NCBI GenBank assembly: GCA_000092065.1
Contig: CP000599.1
DNA from: Ostreococcus lucimarinus
Taxonomy: Eukaryota
DNA length: 64,000 nucleotides
Reading direction: 5' to 3' (one strand)
The position numbers were made by a program, and so were the translations under genes. Under the pieces are notes generated by a model. The model made no database searches, was not told the origin of the DNA, and worked only from the letters and a program-made list of their open reading frames with translations. Positions 28,433 to 38,374 of the stretch are shown one piece after another (within the stretch, counting starts at the first letter, position 1; the number at the start of each line of letters is the position of its first letter).

Positions 28433-31400
28433 TTAGTCCACGAACTTTATTAATGAGACAAGACGCACCTTTAAGCCTTTTCGCCGGCGCACCGAGTCCA
28501 TGAGTTGTCGTGCTATGTTGGGTCCGACGTCACCCTCTTCACCGTATTCTTCTCGCTCTTCTTCCGTGGTCGGCGTAAAAAATGGATCCATATCTATGGG
28601 GCTCCAGTGACTAAATACTAATTGCGCTGTGGACGCCCCTGAGGTTTGCGCGCGGAGCTGATCGACAAAGCCAAACGCCGTCGCCACCGGCAGGTAGGCG
28701 TGGATCACGAACACCCCCGTGCCCTCGCGAATGGTCTCCGACAACACTTGCGATCGGCGTTTACCGAGCACGGCGTAAGTACCTCCGAGTGCGTCCGCAG
28801 TGGTAGTGATGACCGCCAAGTACATCGCCTCGACAAGACGCGTTCCGGCCTTGAGCACGGCTTTGCGAATCGCGTCTCGAACCGCATTGATGATTTGACC
28901 CGAGAGCGGACCAAACTGATCGCCATCTGTATCTTCGACGGTACGGTCGTCATCTTCATTGCCTCGATTCACGGCAACGTTCAGCGTTATCTGCACTCCA
29001 GTCAGCGGTTCGTCGCAGAGCGGGCCGCGATCGGTCGCCATCTGAAATCCCGTCAACACGCTTCCTTGCACCGAGTTCAAATCAAAATCAGCCGCGACGT
29101 CTTCTGGCGGAGACCCGTCCATGTCATAGGGCTTTCTCACCCCGAGCGCGACGCCCACGTTAGCGTGGCCAAACTCCTTCTCTTCATCATCCACGTCTAC
29201 GGTGTACGTGCCGACGTTGAGCACGTTTGATCCTACGCGCTTCGGTCCTAGAGCCCACGCCGAACGAAATGTATCCTCCACTACTCCTTCGGGACCTTGC
29301 TCATCGTACGTAGCCGCTTCGCGCGCTGCCGTCACTTTCTCAATGAATGCTTTGGCGAGCATTTTGTTCTCGTCGCTTTCGGTGTCTTTGGCGAGCAATA
29401 TCACCTTGAGCGCATCCGCAGAATCATCCACCGCGCGAACGATGAAGTTGTGAATGGGTTTCGCCGTGCACGTAAACGTCAGACGTCCATTCGCCGTCGA
29501 CGACGACGCCGTACCCGTGGTCGTGACGCCTTCGCGGAAGGAAATGATTGGCGGGGACACACGTATGGGAACCTTGGCGAATCGCTCGCGCAAATCCGCG
29601 ACGCATCGCTCGAGATGCACTTCACCCGCCGCCGCGACGACGTGCTCGCCCGTGTCCATCACGCTCACCTCGACAAAGGCGTCAGCTCTATTCAACAGCC
29701 GTAAACCTTCGACGAGAGCGTCCATGTCGGTCACGTTTTCGGGTTCAACCGCCACCTTCACGATCGCCGACGCCTGAAACATCATTTCCCCAAACGGCGG
29801 GCACTCGAGCGAAGACGAGAGCGTGGCGGACTTTAAAATCGCCCTGTCCAAGCCGCCAATGGCGAGCAAGTTTCCGGCGGGAACTTCATCCACCTTGAAC
29901 ATCCCTTGACCCATCATGAGGTACAGCTCGGTAAGCTCCACTTCTTCGATGTTCGACGCGTCATAATCGCTCGGGTCGTGCTGAGAATTCAACACGTAGA
30001 GCTTGTCGCCTTTTCGTACCGTGCCCGAATAAATTCTCGCAAAGGCTAAAAACTTGACGTCGCCACCACCCGCTTCGGTGAGCGCACCTTGGACGTGTAC
30101 CTTGGGCACAGCTATCATCTTACAGACGAAAATGATCTTGGGCGCGTCATCCGAAGCCTTACCTGCGATTACCGCGCGTCGGGCCTCGTCCAAGCCTTTC
30201 GGGCGCGCGCCACGCAGTACGGGCTGTGGCATGACTCGATTGACGCGTCGCGCCGCGGCGGCTACTGGATTCGGCACGCAATTCACCACCATCTCTAATA
30301 AACACGATGACATCGGAAGCCAGGCACGCATGACGCTCTGTAGAGCCGCTCGACGATCCGTGTTTTTCAGCTCTCGCTCGCCCACGTCCACCTTGAGTGC
30401 TCGAGCGAGGGTGGCCAAATCCTTTTCCACCCACTCGCCGTTTTTTTCGCTCTCCGCCGTGCGATAGATCTTCCAGATCGGCTCCAAAATGCACTGCACG
30501 AACAAAGGTTTAAGTTTCCCGTTCGCCACTTTGCGACTGACGATCCGTTTCATCTTCGGGTGGTAATACCAATCTCCGCACAGCGCCTTGGTCAACGCCG
30601 CGGACGAGCACCCGAGCTTTTCGGCGTACAAATCCGCGAACGCGTCTGGGCGAAACGCCCATCCATCGATCGCGCTCCCAAACGCCACGTTCCCGCTCGC
30701 GATGTTAAACGCCTCTTCCTCATTCACTAAATCTTCTTCGTCTTCGAGATAATCACACGTCGTCGTCGTCGTCGTCGCGTCGTTCTCGCCGCCGTTTTCG
30801 CCCCTTCCCTCCTCGTGCGCGTCGAAGGCGCTCAAAAAAGTATCCGCCTGCGATATAAACTTTTCGCTCTCAAACGCGCTCATCAACCCGTTCACCTCGT
30901 GCAACAACGACCGTATTCTCTCGTACGCTTCCATCGGCGTGTAACCGAGCTCGACACACACGCGATCGAGCTTATTAAATACCAAGCACGGCTTCAATCG
31001 TTCCTCCCACGCCTGTCGCAGCACCGCGTGCGTCTGCACGCACACCCCCTCCACGACGTCCACGACGACCAAGCACCCGTCGCTCAGCCGCGCCGCCGCC
31101 GACACTTCGCTGCAAAAATCCACGTGTCCCGGCGAATCGATCACCGTTATCAGCACTCGCTCGACGATTTCTTCGCCGCCCTCGTCGCCGTCGCGCTTTT
31201 TCTCGCGCGCCGCCCTCGGCGTGTACAGCAGCGCGATCCCCGCGCTCTTCATCGTGATCCCTCGTCGCTGTTCGTCCTCGTGAAAGTCCATGTACCGCAT
31301 CTGTCCCGCTTGCTTTTGCGATATGAACCCGTTGTGCGCCACGAGCGCGTCCGTGAGCGTCGTCTTGCCGTGATCGACGTGCGCGAGCACGCACACGTTT

Positions 31401-31465
31401 CGGCACTGCGCGCCGTCGTCGCGCGCGAATCGCAGCGCGTGCAGCGCTTTCACGGCGTCGTCCAT
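28433..31465 (-). CDS. EFL1: Elongation factor-like GTPase 1 (EFL1/Ria1, 60S maturation)
   Basis: CRNVCVLAHVDHGKTTLTDALVAHNGFISQKQAGQMRYMDFHEDEQRRGITMKSAGIALLY...VIDSPGHVDFCSEVSAAARLSDGCLVVVDVVEGVCVQTHAVLRQAW is collinear with EFL1. Acidic insertion, 1011 aa. The ATG at 31465 was chosen. Confidence 0.85.
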   Translation of the reverse strand: MDDAVKALHALRFARDDGAQCRNVCVLAHVDHGKTTLTDALVAHNGFISQKQAGQMRYMDFHEDEQRRGITMKSAGIALLYTPRAAREKKRDGDEGGEEIVERVLITVIDSPGHVDFCSEVSAAARLSDGCLVVVDVVEGVCVQTHAVLRQAWEERLKPCLVFNKLDRVCVELGYTPMEAYERIRSLLHEVNGLMSAFESEKFISQADTFLSAFDAHEEGRGENGGENDATTTTTTCDYLEDEEDLVNEEEAFNIASGNVAFGSAIDGWAFRPDAFADLYAEKLGCSSAALTKALCGDWYYHPKMKRIVSRKVANGKLKPLFVQCILEPIWKIYRTAESEKNGEWVEKDLATLARALKVDVGERELKNTDRRAALQSVMRAWLPMSSCLLEMVVNCVPNPVAAAARRVNRVMPQPVLRGARPKGLDEARRAVIAGKASDDAPKIIFVCKMIAVPKVHVQGALTEAGGGDVKFLAFARIYSGTVRKGDKLYVLNSQHDPSDYDASNIEEVELTELYLMMGQGMFKVDEVPAGNLLAIGGLDRAILKSATLSSSLECPPFGEMMFQASAIVKVAVEPENVTDMDALVEGLRLLNRADAFVEVSVMDTGEHVVAAAGEVHLERCVADLRERFAKVPIRVSPPIISFREGVTTTGTASSSTANGRLTFTCTAKPIHNFIVRAVDDSADALKVILLAKDTESDENKMLAKAFIEKVTAAREAATYDEQGPEGVVEDTFRSAWALGPKRVGSNVLNVGTYTVDVDDEEKEFGHANVGVALGVRKPYDMDGSPPEDVAADFDLNSVQGSVLTGFQMATDRGPLCDEPLTGVQITLNVAVNRGNEDDDRTVEDTDGDQFGPLSGQIINAVRDAIRKAVLKAGTRLVEAMYLAVITTTADALGGTYAVLGKRRSQVLSETIREGTGVFVIHAYLPVATAFGFVDQLRAQTSGASTAQLVFSHWSPIDMDPFFTPTTEEEREEYGEEGDVGPNIARQLMDSVRRRKGLKVRLVSLIKFVD

Positions 31466-31760
31466 CGCGACGCAGTCCGCGCTCGGTCCTCGGACGCGCC
31501 TTCCTCGCCCCGGCTCTCCGCTCTCCGCTCTCCGCTCTCGGCTCTCGGCCTCGGCCTCGCCGCCGTCTGTCGCCCGCGCGCGCGCGCGTTCGTTAGCGCG
31601 CCGGTCGCGCGGGCGTCGCGTCGTCCGCGGTTCGCGGTCTCGCACTTTTTCACGCATTGAAGACGCATGTAGACCGATGTGTGTGTGTACATCCCCATAT
31701 CATAATATATAACACACGGACACGCGTGGCCGTCCGCGACGCGTCCGCGACGTCGCGATT

Positions 31761-31860
31761 TCGCGCGCGTCCGGGGCGCGGCGCTGGACCCTACCTGATT
31801 TATGTATGGACGTCCGGGGTGCGGCGCTGGACCCTACCTGATTTATGTATGGACGCGCCG
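31761..31860. repeat. Tandem duplication, about 50 bp x2, in the EFL1/RCC1 divergent promoter
   Basis: gtccggggcgcggcgctggaccctacctgatttatgtatggacg appears twice in direct succession. A TATA-like catatcataatatataacac lies at about 31695-31715. Confidence 0.85.
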
Positions 31861-32011
31861 TGTCGACGCGTCGCGTACGCGAGACCACGCGAGCGGTATC
31901 AATCACCGCGTTCGCGTCGATCCATCCTCGCCCGCGTCCCGGCGATCCGTCGGACGGCCGCGGCCGTTGGCGTCGCGTCGACGCCGACGCGACGACGGAG
32001 CGCGACGCGCG

Positions 32012-32431
32012 ATGGGCGCGAGGGCGCGCGCGCGAGACGCGAGACGAACGACGCGCGCGTTCGTCGCGATTCTCGCGCTCGCGCTGCGCGCGGCGACGAC
32101 GCCCGCGGCGGTGCGCGCGACGCGAGCGACGAGAAGACGGACGAAAGACGACGACGACGACGAAGAAAGACGCGACGACGACGAGGGACTGACGGACGGA
32201 CGCGACGACGCAGGGAACGACGCTGCGATGGCGAAAATTACACGCGTGGGGGGAGAACAAGCTCGGGGAACAGGGACGAGGCACGGTGCGGACGAAACGC
32301 CGAAACGCGACGCGACGGGACGACTGACGAGACGCGCGGCGCGGCGGCGAACAGGCGACGAGCGCGGGGACGTGCGCGGAGGGAGAGCTGCCGGAATTAG
32401 GATGGGATCTGAACGGTGCGTCGAACTGACG
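32012..32431 (+). CDS. RCC1-EGF membrane protein, putative exon 1 (signal peptide plus acidic linker)
   Basis: MGARARARDARRTTRAFVAILALALRAATTPAAV is signal-peptide-like. The exon ends ...gaa ctg acg|GTGCGC (phase 0). The only upstream donor whose phase matches the exon-2 acceptor is this one. This exon is inferred and unverified. Confidence 0.35.
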
Positions 32432-32487
32432 GTGCGCGCGTTGATCCAGCGGCGAACTGACGGTGCGCGCGTTGATCCACGACAGAG

Positions 32488-32890
32488 ACGGTGTCGCGCG
32501 TCGTCGCGGGCCTGGACCACGCCGTGGCGCTCACCGCGCGAGGCGAGGCGTACGCGTGGGGGAGCAATCGATGCGGACAGCTCGGCACGGGAGACTTTAT
32601 AGATGCGCTCACGCCACAAAGGATTTTGAGCTCGCACACGATCGTGGACGTCGCCGTGGGCGTCGAACACACGCTCGCGCTCGCGAGCGACGGCGCGCTC
32701 TTGGCATTCGGGTGCAACACGCGAGGCGCGCTCGGGATCGGGTCGGCGAATTTAGGCAGGCACGCGACGCCGCAAACGGTGACGTCGGCAGAGACGTTCA
32801 CCGCGATAGCCGCGGCGGGCGCGCACAGCGTAGGACTCACCGAACAAGGGGCGGTGTACACGTGGGGGGCAAACAACCAAGGCCAGCTCG
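32488..32890 (+). CDS. RCC1-EGF membrane protein, exon 2 (RCC1 repeats)
   Basis: Acceptor cacgacagag|acg with an ACTGAC branch upstream. TVSRVVAGLDHAVALTARGEAYAWGSNRCGQLG...HTLALASDGALLAFGCNTRGALG...AHSVGLTEQGAVYTWGANNQGQLG. There is no in-frame ATG, so an upstream exon is needed. Donor g|GTGCGT. Confidence 0.65.
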
Positions 32891-32968
32891 GTGCGTCTCG
32901 CTTTTTCGCTCGCGCCGCGACGACGCGCACGGCGCGGACGGACGACTGACGACGCGCGCGACGAACAG

Positions 32969-33033
32969 GGCTCGGTGGATGCGTTTTTCCGGGCGGCCCG
33001 GGACGGGATCCGTGCCTGAACGACGTGCACACG
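32969..33033 (+). CDS. RCC1-EGF membrane protein, exon 3
   Basis: The 78-nt intron (gtgcgt...gacgactgacgacgcgcgcgacgaacag) restores the frame across the stop at 32947. Donor acg|GTGAGA. Confidence 0.5.
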
Positions 33034-33090
33034 GTGAGAGAAACGAACGCTTCGCGTCATGATTTATTAATTAATTTTTTTATTTCGCAG

Positions 33091-33268
33091 CCCACGAAAG
33101 TGCTCGTGATGAACGACGGGCTCGTTTTACCGCCCATTAAATTAATCGCCGCCGGCGGAGGCACGTTGGCGGGCGTGGCGCGCGTTCCCATCGGCGGACA
33201 CACCGTGGCGGTGGCGAAATTAGATAATTCAGTGTACGCGTGGGGCGATAATTTTGCCGGACAGTTGG
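33091..33268 (+). CDS. RCC1-EGF membrane protein, exon 4
   Basis: Acceptor tttttttatttcgcag|ccc. PTKVLVMNDGLVLPPIKLIAAGGGTLAGVARVPIGGHTVAVAKLDNSVYAWGDNFAGQLG. Donor g|GTACGT. Confidence 0.65.
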
Positions 33269-33313
33269 GTACGTCATCAGAGCGCGCCTCGAGCGATTCT
33301 GACGTTTCCACAG

Positions 33314-33387
33314 GCGTGCCGCAGGTATACTTCAACGCGTCGTCATCCGCGTACTTTAACAACACTCCGACGTACACCCCGAACAAG
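33314..33387 (+). CDS. RCC1-EGF membrane protein, exon 5
   Basis: Acceptor ttctgacgtttccacag|gc. VPQVYFNASSSAYFNNTPTYTPNK. Donor aag|GTACGG. Confidence 0.5.
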
Positions 33388-33443
33388 GTACGGCGCATTT
33401 TTCTCGCGCAGGATGCACATTTAATTAATTAATTAATTCGCAG

Positions 33444-33817
33444 TACGACGCGACTACCGGAGAGTATTACAACCGTCACGAAAAACCCATGGTCGTGCAC
33501 GCACACGCCATCGTCGTCGCGAGCGGCACCAGCGTGCAAGCGAATAAGACGATTCTCCCGGCGATCAAGCAAATAGACGCGGGGATCGCGCACACGATTA
33601 TGCTACTCGAGACGGGTGAAATTTTCACGTGGGGGGACAATTACTACGGTCAACTCGGGCTCGGATACGCGTCGCGTCAGAACACGCCGCACATGTTCTA
33701 CGTCACGCGCTTTCGCGACGTTCCGCAGATGATTGACAAGCCCACGCGCGTGAAGAAGTTTGACTTTGTCGAAGAGACGGTGGTGAATTCTGTACCGATT
33801 AATTATACCATCACCGG
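33444..33817 (+). CDS. RCC1-EGF membrane protein, exon 6
   Basis: Acceptor ttaattaattaattaattcgcag|tac. ...IAHTIMLLETGEIFTWGDNYYGQLGLGYASRQNTPHMFYV... Donor gg|GTACGT. Confidence 0.65.
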
Positions 33818-33890
33818 GTACGTTTCGCGCGGAATCAACGCCCAAGAATCGGTGACGAATCGTACCTTTACTGACTCCGTTCGCGCGTAG

Positions 33891-33927
33891 GACGATAAAG
33901 GAAGAGGGCAACGCGATATTCACACAG
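33891..33927 (+). CDS. RCC1-EGF membrane protein, exon 7 (micro-exon)
   Basis: Acceptor ctttactgactccgttcgcgcgtag|g. (G)TIKEEGNAIFTQ. Donor cag|GTGCGA. Phases are consistent with the neighbouring exons. Confidence 0.45.
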
Positions 33928-34017
33928 GTGCGAAATTAATTTTGATTAATTTAATTATTTCTCGTCGAGAAGCGCGCAAAGACTGATTGAGCGCGCTCTG
34001 CGCGGCGTATCACGCAG

Positions 34018-34076
34018 GTCAGCGCCGGTGGTCACGTCTCCATGGCGATCACGTCCAACAATAAGCTATTCATATG
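34018..34076 (+). CDS. RCC1-EGF membrane protein, exon 8
   Basis: Acceptor gcgtatcacgcag|gtc. VSAGGHVSMAITSNNKLFI(W). Donor tg|GTACGT. The W codon is split across the intron. Confidence 0.6.
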
Positions 34077-34152
34077 GTACGTGCGACCGCACGCCGCGAC
34101 CACCAACGCAGCCGCAGACTGACGCTGAAATTTTCGTTTTCTCGCGCGCAAG

Positions 34153-35158
34153 GGGCGATAACTCTGAGGGTCAGCTCGGCGCTTGTGGATGCGGAGGATG
34201 CGTCGCGTACGACGCCGCGGACACGGGCGTATGCACAGTCAATTCCACGGCAGCGTGTCCATGTAATTGCGGGGGACAAGGCACGTGCGTGTACACCCCT
34301 GCTTCGGCGGCGAACAACTTTATCGCGACAAACGAAGGTAAATGCGTCACCTACGGCACAGGCGCCGAGGCGGTGGCCAAGTGCAATTGCGCTAAAGGCG
34401 CTCTAAATCCTACTCTGAACCCTCCCCGGATGGTGGGGCAGATAAGTCTCATGGATGAACCGATGGTGTCTGATTTGAGCTACGAAAAGCAGTTCACGAC
34501 GGTGACGTACGCGAGCGCCGGTGGCGGCGCCATGTTCGCCATATCCGAATCCAACTGCAAAGACGACGCTGACGGCGTCGTGTGCTCTGGACGAGGACAG
34601 TGCTTAGCTGATGGTTCGTGCAACTGTAACGACGGCTCTGGTGGACCGACGTGTGAGAACGTGTGCCCGCTGGCGACGGATGAGGACGAGGCGCTATTCT
34701 CCCGATACGGTCTCGACGAAAACATCGCCGGTGAAAAGTGCGCGGGCCACGGTACGTGCGATCCAATCACCGCGGAGTGCATTTGTGACCCCGGCTTTTT
34801 CGGCCCGCGCTGCACGTACATCTGCCGTCGCGATGCAAACCTGAAAGTCTGTTCCGGGAACGGCACGTGCGTCTACAACCCCGAAACCTCCTCGTCGCCC
34901 TACTGCGAATGTGACCGCTTCCAAAATCCGGGAGAGTGTGCGCAGCGTGGTCTACAGCTCTATCCTCAAGGTTGGTGCAGCTTTCACGGTGGTGAAGCCA
35001 CGGGAGGCTTTGCGAGCTGTTTCGTCGCCGGCGTTTGCGGCGACTGCGAGAGTCCCGCCGCGGGACGCTTCGATTCGCCCCTCGTCCTCGTCCTCTTGTT
35101 CGCCGCCGTCGTCGTCTTCGTCTTCGGCGACGATTCGCATCGAGACGGCATCGCGTAA
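34153..35158 (+). CDS. RCC1-EGF membrane protein, exon 9 (last RCC1 repeat, EGF-like Cys-rich repeats, TM anchor)
   Basis: Acceptor ttttcgttttctcgcgcgcaag|g reconstitutes WGDNSEGQLG. Three EGF/tenascin-like modules (CSGRGQCLADGSCNCNDGSGGPTCENVC; CAGHGTCDPITAECICDPGFFGPRCTYIC; CSGNGTCVYNPETSSSPYCECDRFQNPGEC). TM LVLVLLFAAVVVFVFG, then a short tail. Confidence 0.7.
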
Positions 35159-35429
35159 ATCTTTGAATATCTTCCCTCGTTCGTCCGAGCGTGACTTGTA
35201 ATCCACGCACGCAAGCACGCGAACGCCCGGCTCGCCCGCGCGCCGCGGCTGCGCTTTGGACCAGTCGAGCGCGAGAATCGCTCGAACCGACACACTCGAG
35301 CGCTCGTCGCCGCGCGCGAGCGGGCACCCGCGCGAAGACGCGACGGAAACGAAACAAACGATCACCGGGACGTGTCGACGCGCGATTCTCGCGCGATAAC
35401 GACGCGTCGAACGCGCGCGACGTTGCGAA

Positions 35430-38294
35430 ATGTCTCGAGGGGGACAACGCTCGGCGTCGACGTTTGACGACCCGGGGACGTCGCTGAGCGACGCTCGCGG
35501 ACGAGGAAGCGCGCACGATGGGTCTCGAAACGCCTCAGGGTCGCTGCGCGCGACGAATGGGAGCAGGAGCGCGAATGGATCGGACACGGCGAGCCGAACG
35601 GTGAACGGCGGCGGCGCGAACGCGGCGCTCGAACTGGCGGCGACGACGTGCGATGAGTTGGCGCGCGTGCTCGAGTCGCGACGGTACGGACGAGAGAGTG
35701 CGAATTTAGGCAGCGAAGCGATGAAGACGATCGAGACGATCGAGCGCGTGTTGAAGCGAAATAGAGAAAATTTGAGGGAATTTTTCAGCGCGTGTTTTCA
35801 GCCAATTTTGTGTCGGTTGTTTTCGTTCGACGGATCATCCAGTGAGGGGTGGATGAACGCCGCGTTCACCACCGGAAGCGAGAGAGATGTGAAAGACTTG
35901 TTGGATTTCTTATCTCCGGAGGGATCGTTGATCCGAGCGATGTTGATCGCAGATTCGGACAAGTTGGTGCAGTTCGCGTTTCCGCTCGATCGTCTGCCGG
36001 AACGAACACAAAGAATGTTACAGACGGAAAGCGGAGCGATGGCGCTGAACCGATCACCCCCATACGCTGGTTGCATTAAACGAGACAGTGTGGGGAAGTA
36101 TCAGGTGCATTTGGGGCTGTATCATTACTTCATGTTTTGGACGGCATATTTCGCGATGCGACCGGGGGGAAGACGAGGGTCGTCGTCATCGTCGCTTTAT
36201 TCTGCGGGACAAAGTCCGTCTTACAAGAGTGGAAGTGGTCCTTTCGGTGGCACTGGATCTCCAATCAGTAGTGGTGCTGCGTTTCTCGGTGGGCAGTGGC
36301 CATCGACGCCGTCTTTGATGCAACGCGCGCCGTCGAAGCGCGTGCATCCGTATCGCGAGTTGTTACTCTCGCACTTGAAATTCTTTCTTCCGCGCGAGGA
36401 GACGGGAAAGAGTTGGGGCGGTGGCGGTAAAAGTGGTGATGATAAGGCGAATGCGGTGCAAGCTGAGTTTCTGGTGAGCATTTTGAGCGAATTTTGGATG
36501 CCCGTGGAGGAGGCGCGGGGGCCGCAGTCGGGCGACGGCGCTCGAGGCGCGACCGGATCGCCGTTTCGAAGCTCGTTCCCAGCCATGGGTCGCGTCGTCG
36601 ACGCTGCTATGCGCCAGGCAAACATGAGCCCAGTGCGTTCGAGCGGCGATGCGCACCGACGAGACGGCACGCGCAGGTATGCGTACAACCCACCCGCGGT
36701 GGATCACGTCAACGCGGTGACACTCTTGATTACGTACTTGTTTGCCGAACTTCCAGATCGTCGACCGGAGAACTTAGAGGCGATGAAAACCATCGAGCGC
36801 GCGCGTGAGATGATCCAACGCCCGCTGTATTGCTTTTTACGCGATGCCTTTACGCAGTGGCCGACTGAAAGCTCGACAAATACGGAACCCATGGTGACGC
36901 TTTGGGTGGCGTATTTTGCGCCGTGGTGCGCCAAATATCCGCAGAGTCAGACGAAGTCGTCGTCGAGCGGATCGAAGCGCTCAGGATCACCGCGCGCCAT
37001 GCTTACTTCTCCACTCAAATCTAGCGGTAGTGGATCTTCATCAAAGGTGGCGGGGTACGACGACGCGTTGCTCTCGCGCGGAAAAGAGTTCAAGTTTGAC
37101 GATCAAGTTGTCGACACTCCTGGGGTGTTTTCCCACGTTCGTCACGTGTTGAAGAGCATTCCGTTCTACCATGAACTGATGAAGCATTTCTTAGAACTGT
37201 GCTGTAAGCGCGTGCCGCTCGACGCCGAGGGCACGGCGACCGTGTTGCTGGCGGCTTTGGAACCGCTCGCGGCGGCGCCAAAGTTGTTGAAGATCTTACA
37301 AGACGTTGAAGACGGCTACGCCGAGTTTGTTCTGGACCCATTCAAGGGAACTCTGAAAACTATGCAAGCGCGAGAAGATTTAGCGGCGAACGCGGAATCA
37401 TACTACCCTCTCATTCGCTCTCAGCTCCAAGAATGGGAACCCGACGTCGACCCCGTGACGCTTGGCGACACGCTTCCGGGAACGCCCGGGTCCGCGGTGA
37501 AGAGCTCGCCGCTGAGCAAGTGGCACGGTGCTGCTGCACGCCTAGCGGCAAACAAATCATTCGAATCGGACAAAGCCAATGGGGGAAGTTCCAAGCATTT
37601 GCGCATGTTCACACCGGAGACCGACGGGTTGGCGCAAGTTGCCATCGCGCTCATTCATCGCCTCGAGCGCGACGCAACGCAAGTGCCTACGTCTCATCCG
37701 CTTCGCAAGAAAGTGCCAGCATTTCGAGCGGCCTCGTTCACGGTGTTTCGCTTGGAAAGATTCCGCGATACGCCGTACCTGAAGAGCCCAACGTCGACAA
37801 AGTACGTGGACACGGACGCGGGTGAGAATCGTCAAGGATGGTCATCCGCGCGCACGAGCGCGAAAGAAATGTACAAGGGTGAGTGGATGCACAGACCGAT
37901 CGGTGGAAATGAAATTACTTTGCTCGTGAAAATTTTGGTGCCCATTTCGGTGTTCTTGAACAAAAAGCTCGGACTTGACGGCGTGGCCACGGATGAGGGC
38001 GCGAACAAGCGACGAATCGCGTACGCCGACGTGCGTTCGGCGGTGACGGAATCGTGGGCACGCGCGCGGCGAACATCGCGACGGGGCAACCCCGTTGTGG
38101 ACTATGTGTTCTCGATTTTTGCCGTTTTAGAGGAGGTGACGCTCGGATTGTGTCGTCGTAAAGGGTTGACCGTCAACTTGCGACCTTTTAGCGAGTATCA
38201 AATGCTCGCGCTCGCCTGGTGCGCCTACGTCGCGTTCTGGTTCGCGCGCGTGGTTTTGGCCGTGATCACGATGGATTTTGACGAAGATTACTGA
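35430..38294 (+). CDS. Sphingomyelin phosphodiesterase 4 (nSMase3/SMPD4)-like membrane protein
   Basis: [41 protein letters not shown] parallels the SMPD4 block [57 protein letters not shown] and the C-terminal TM [22 protein letters not shown] also match this family. Similarity is from memory. Confidence 0.55.
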   Translation: [954 protein letters not shown]

Positions 38295-38374
38295 TGCGCA
38301 CTACTTTTCTACATAATCTAGACCGCTGCTTGCAATGCCGACGACTTAGCACACGAAGAACCAATAAAATCTAG

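Noticed and set aside
32402-32415. Tiny ATG-containing first exon (ATGGGATCTGAACG|GTGCGT) for the RCC1 gene.
   Set aside because: Its phase (2) cannot be joined in frame to either AG upstream of exon 2. The phase-0 donor at 32431, after an exon beginning at ATG 32012, is the only compatible combination and also supplies a signal peptide.
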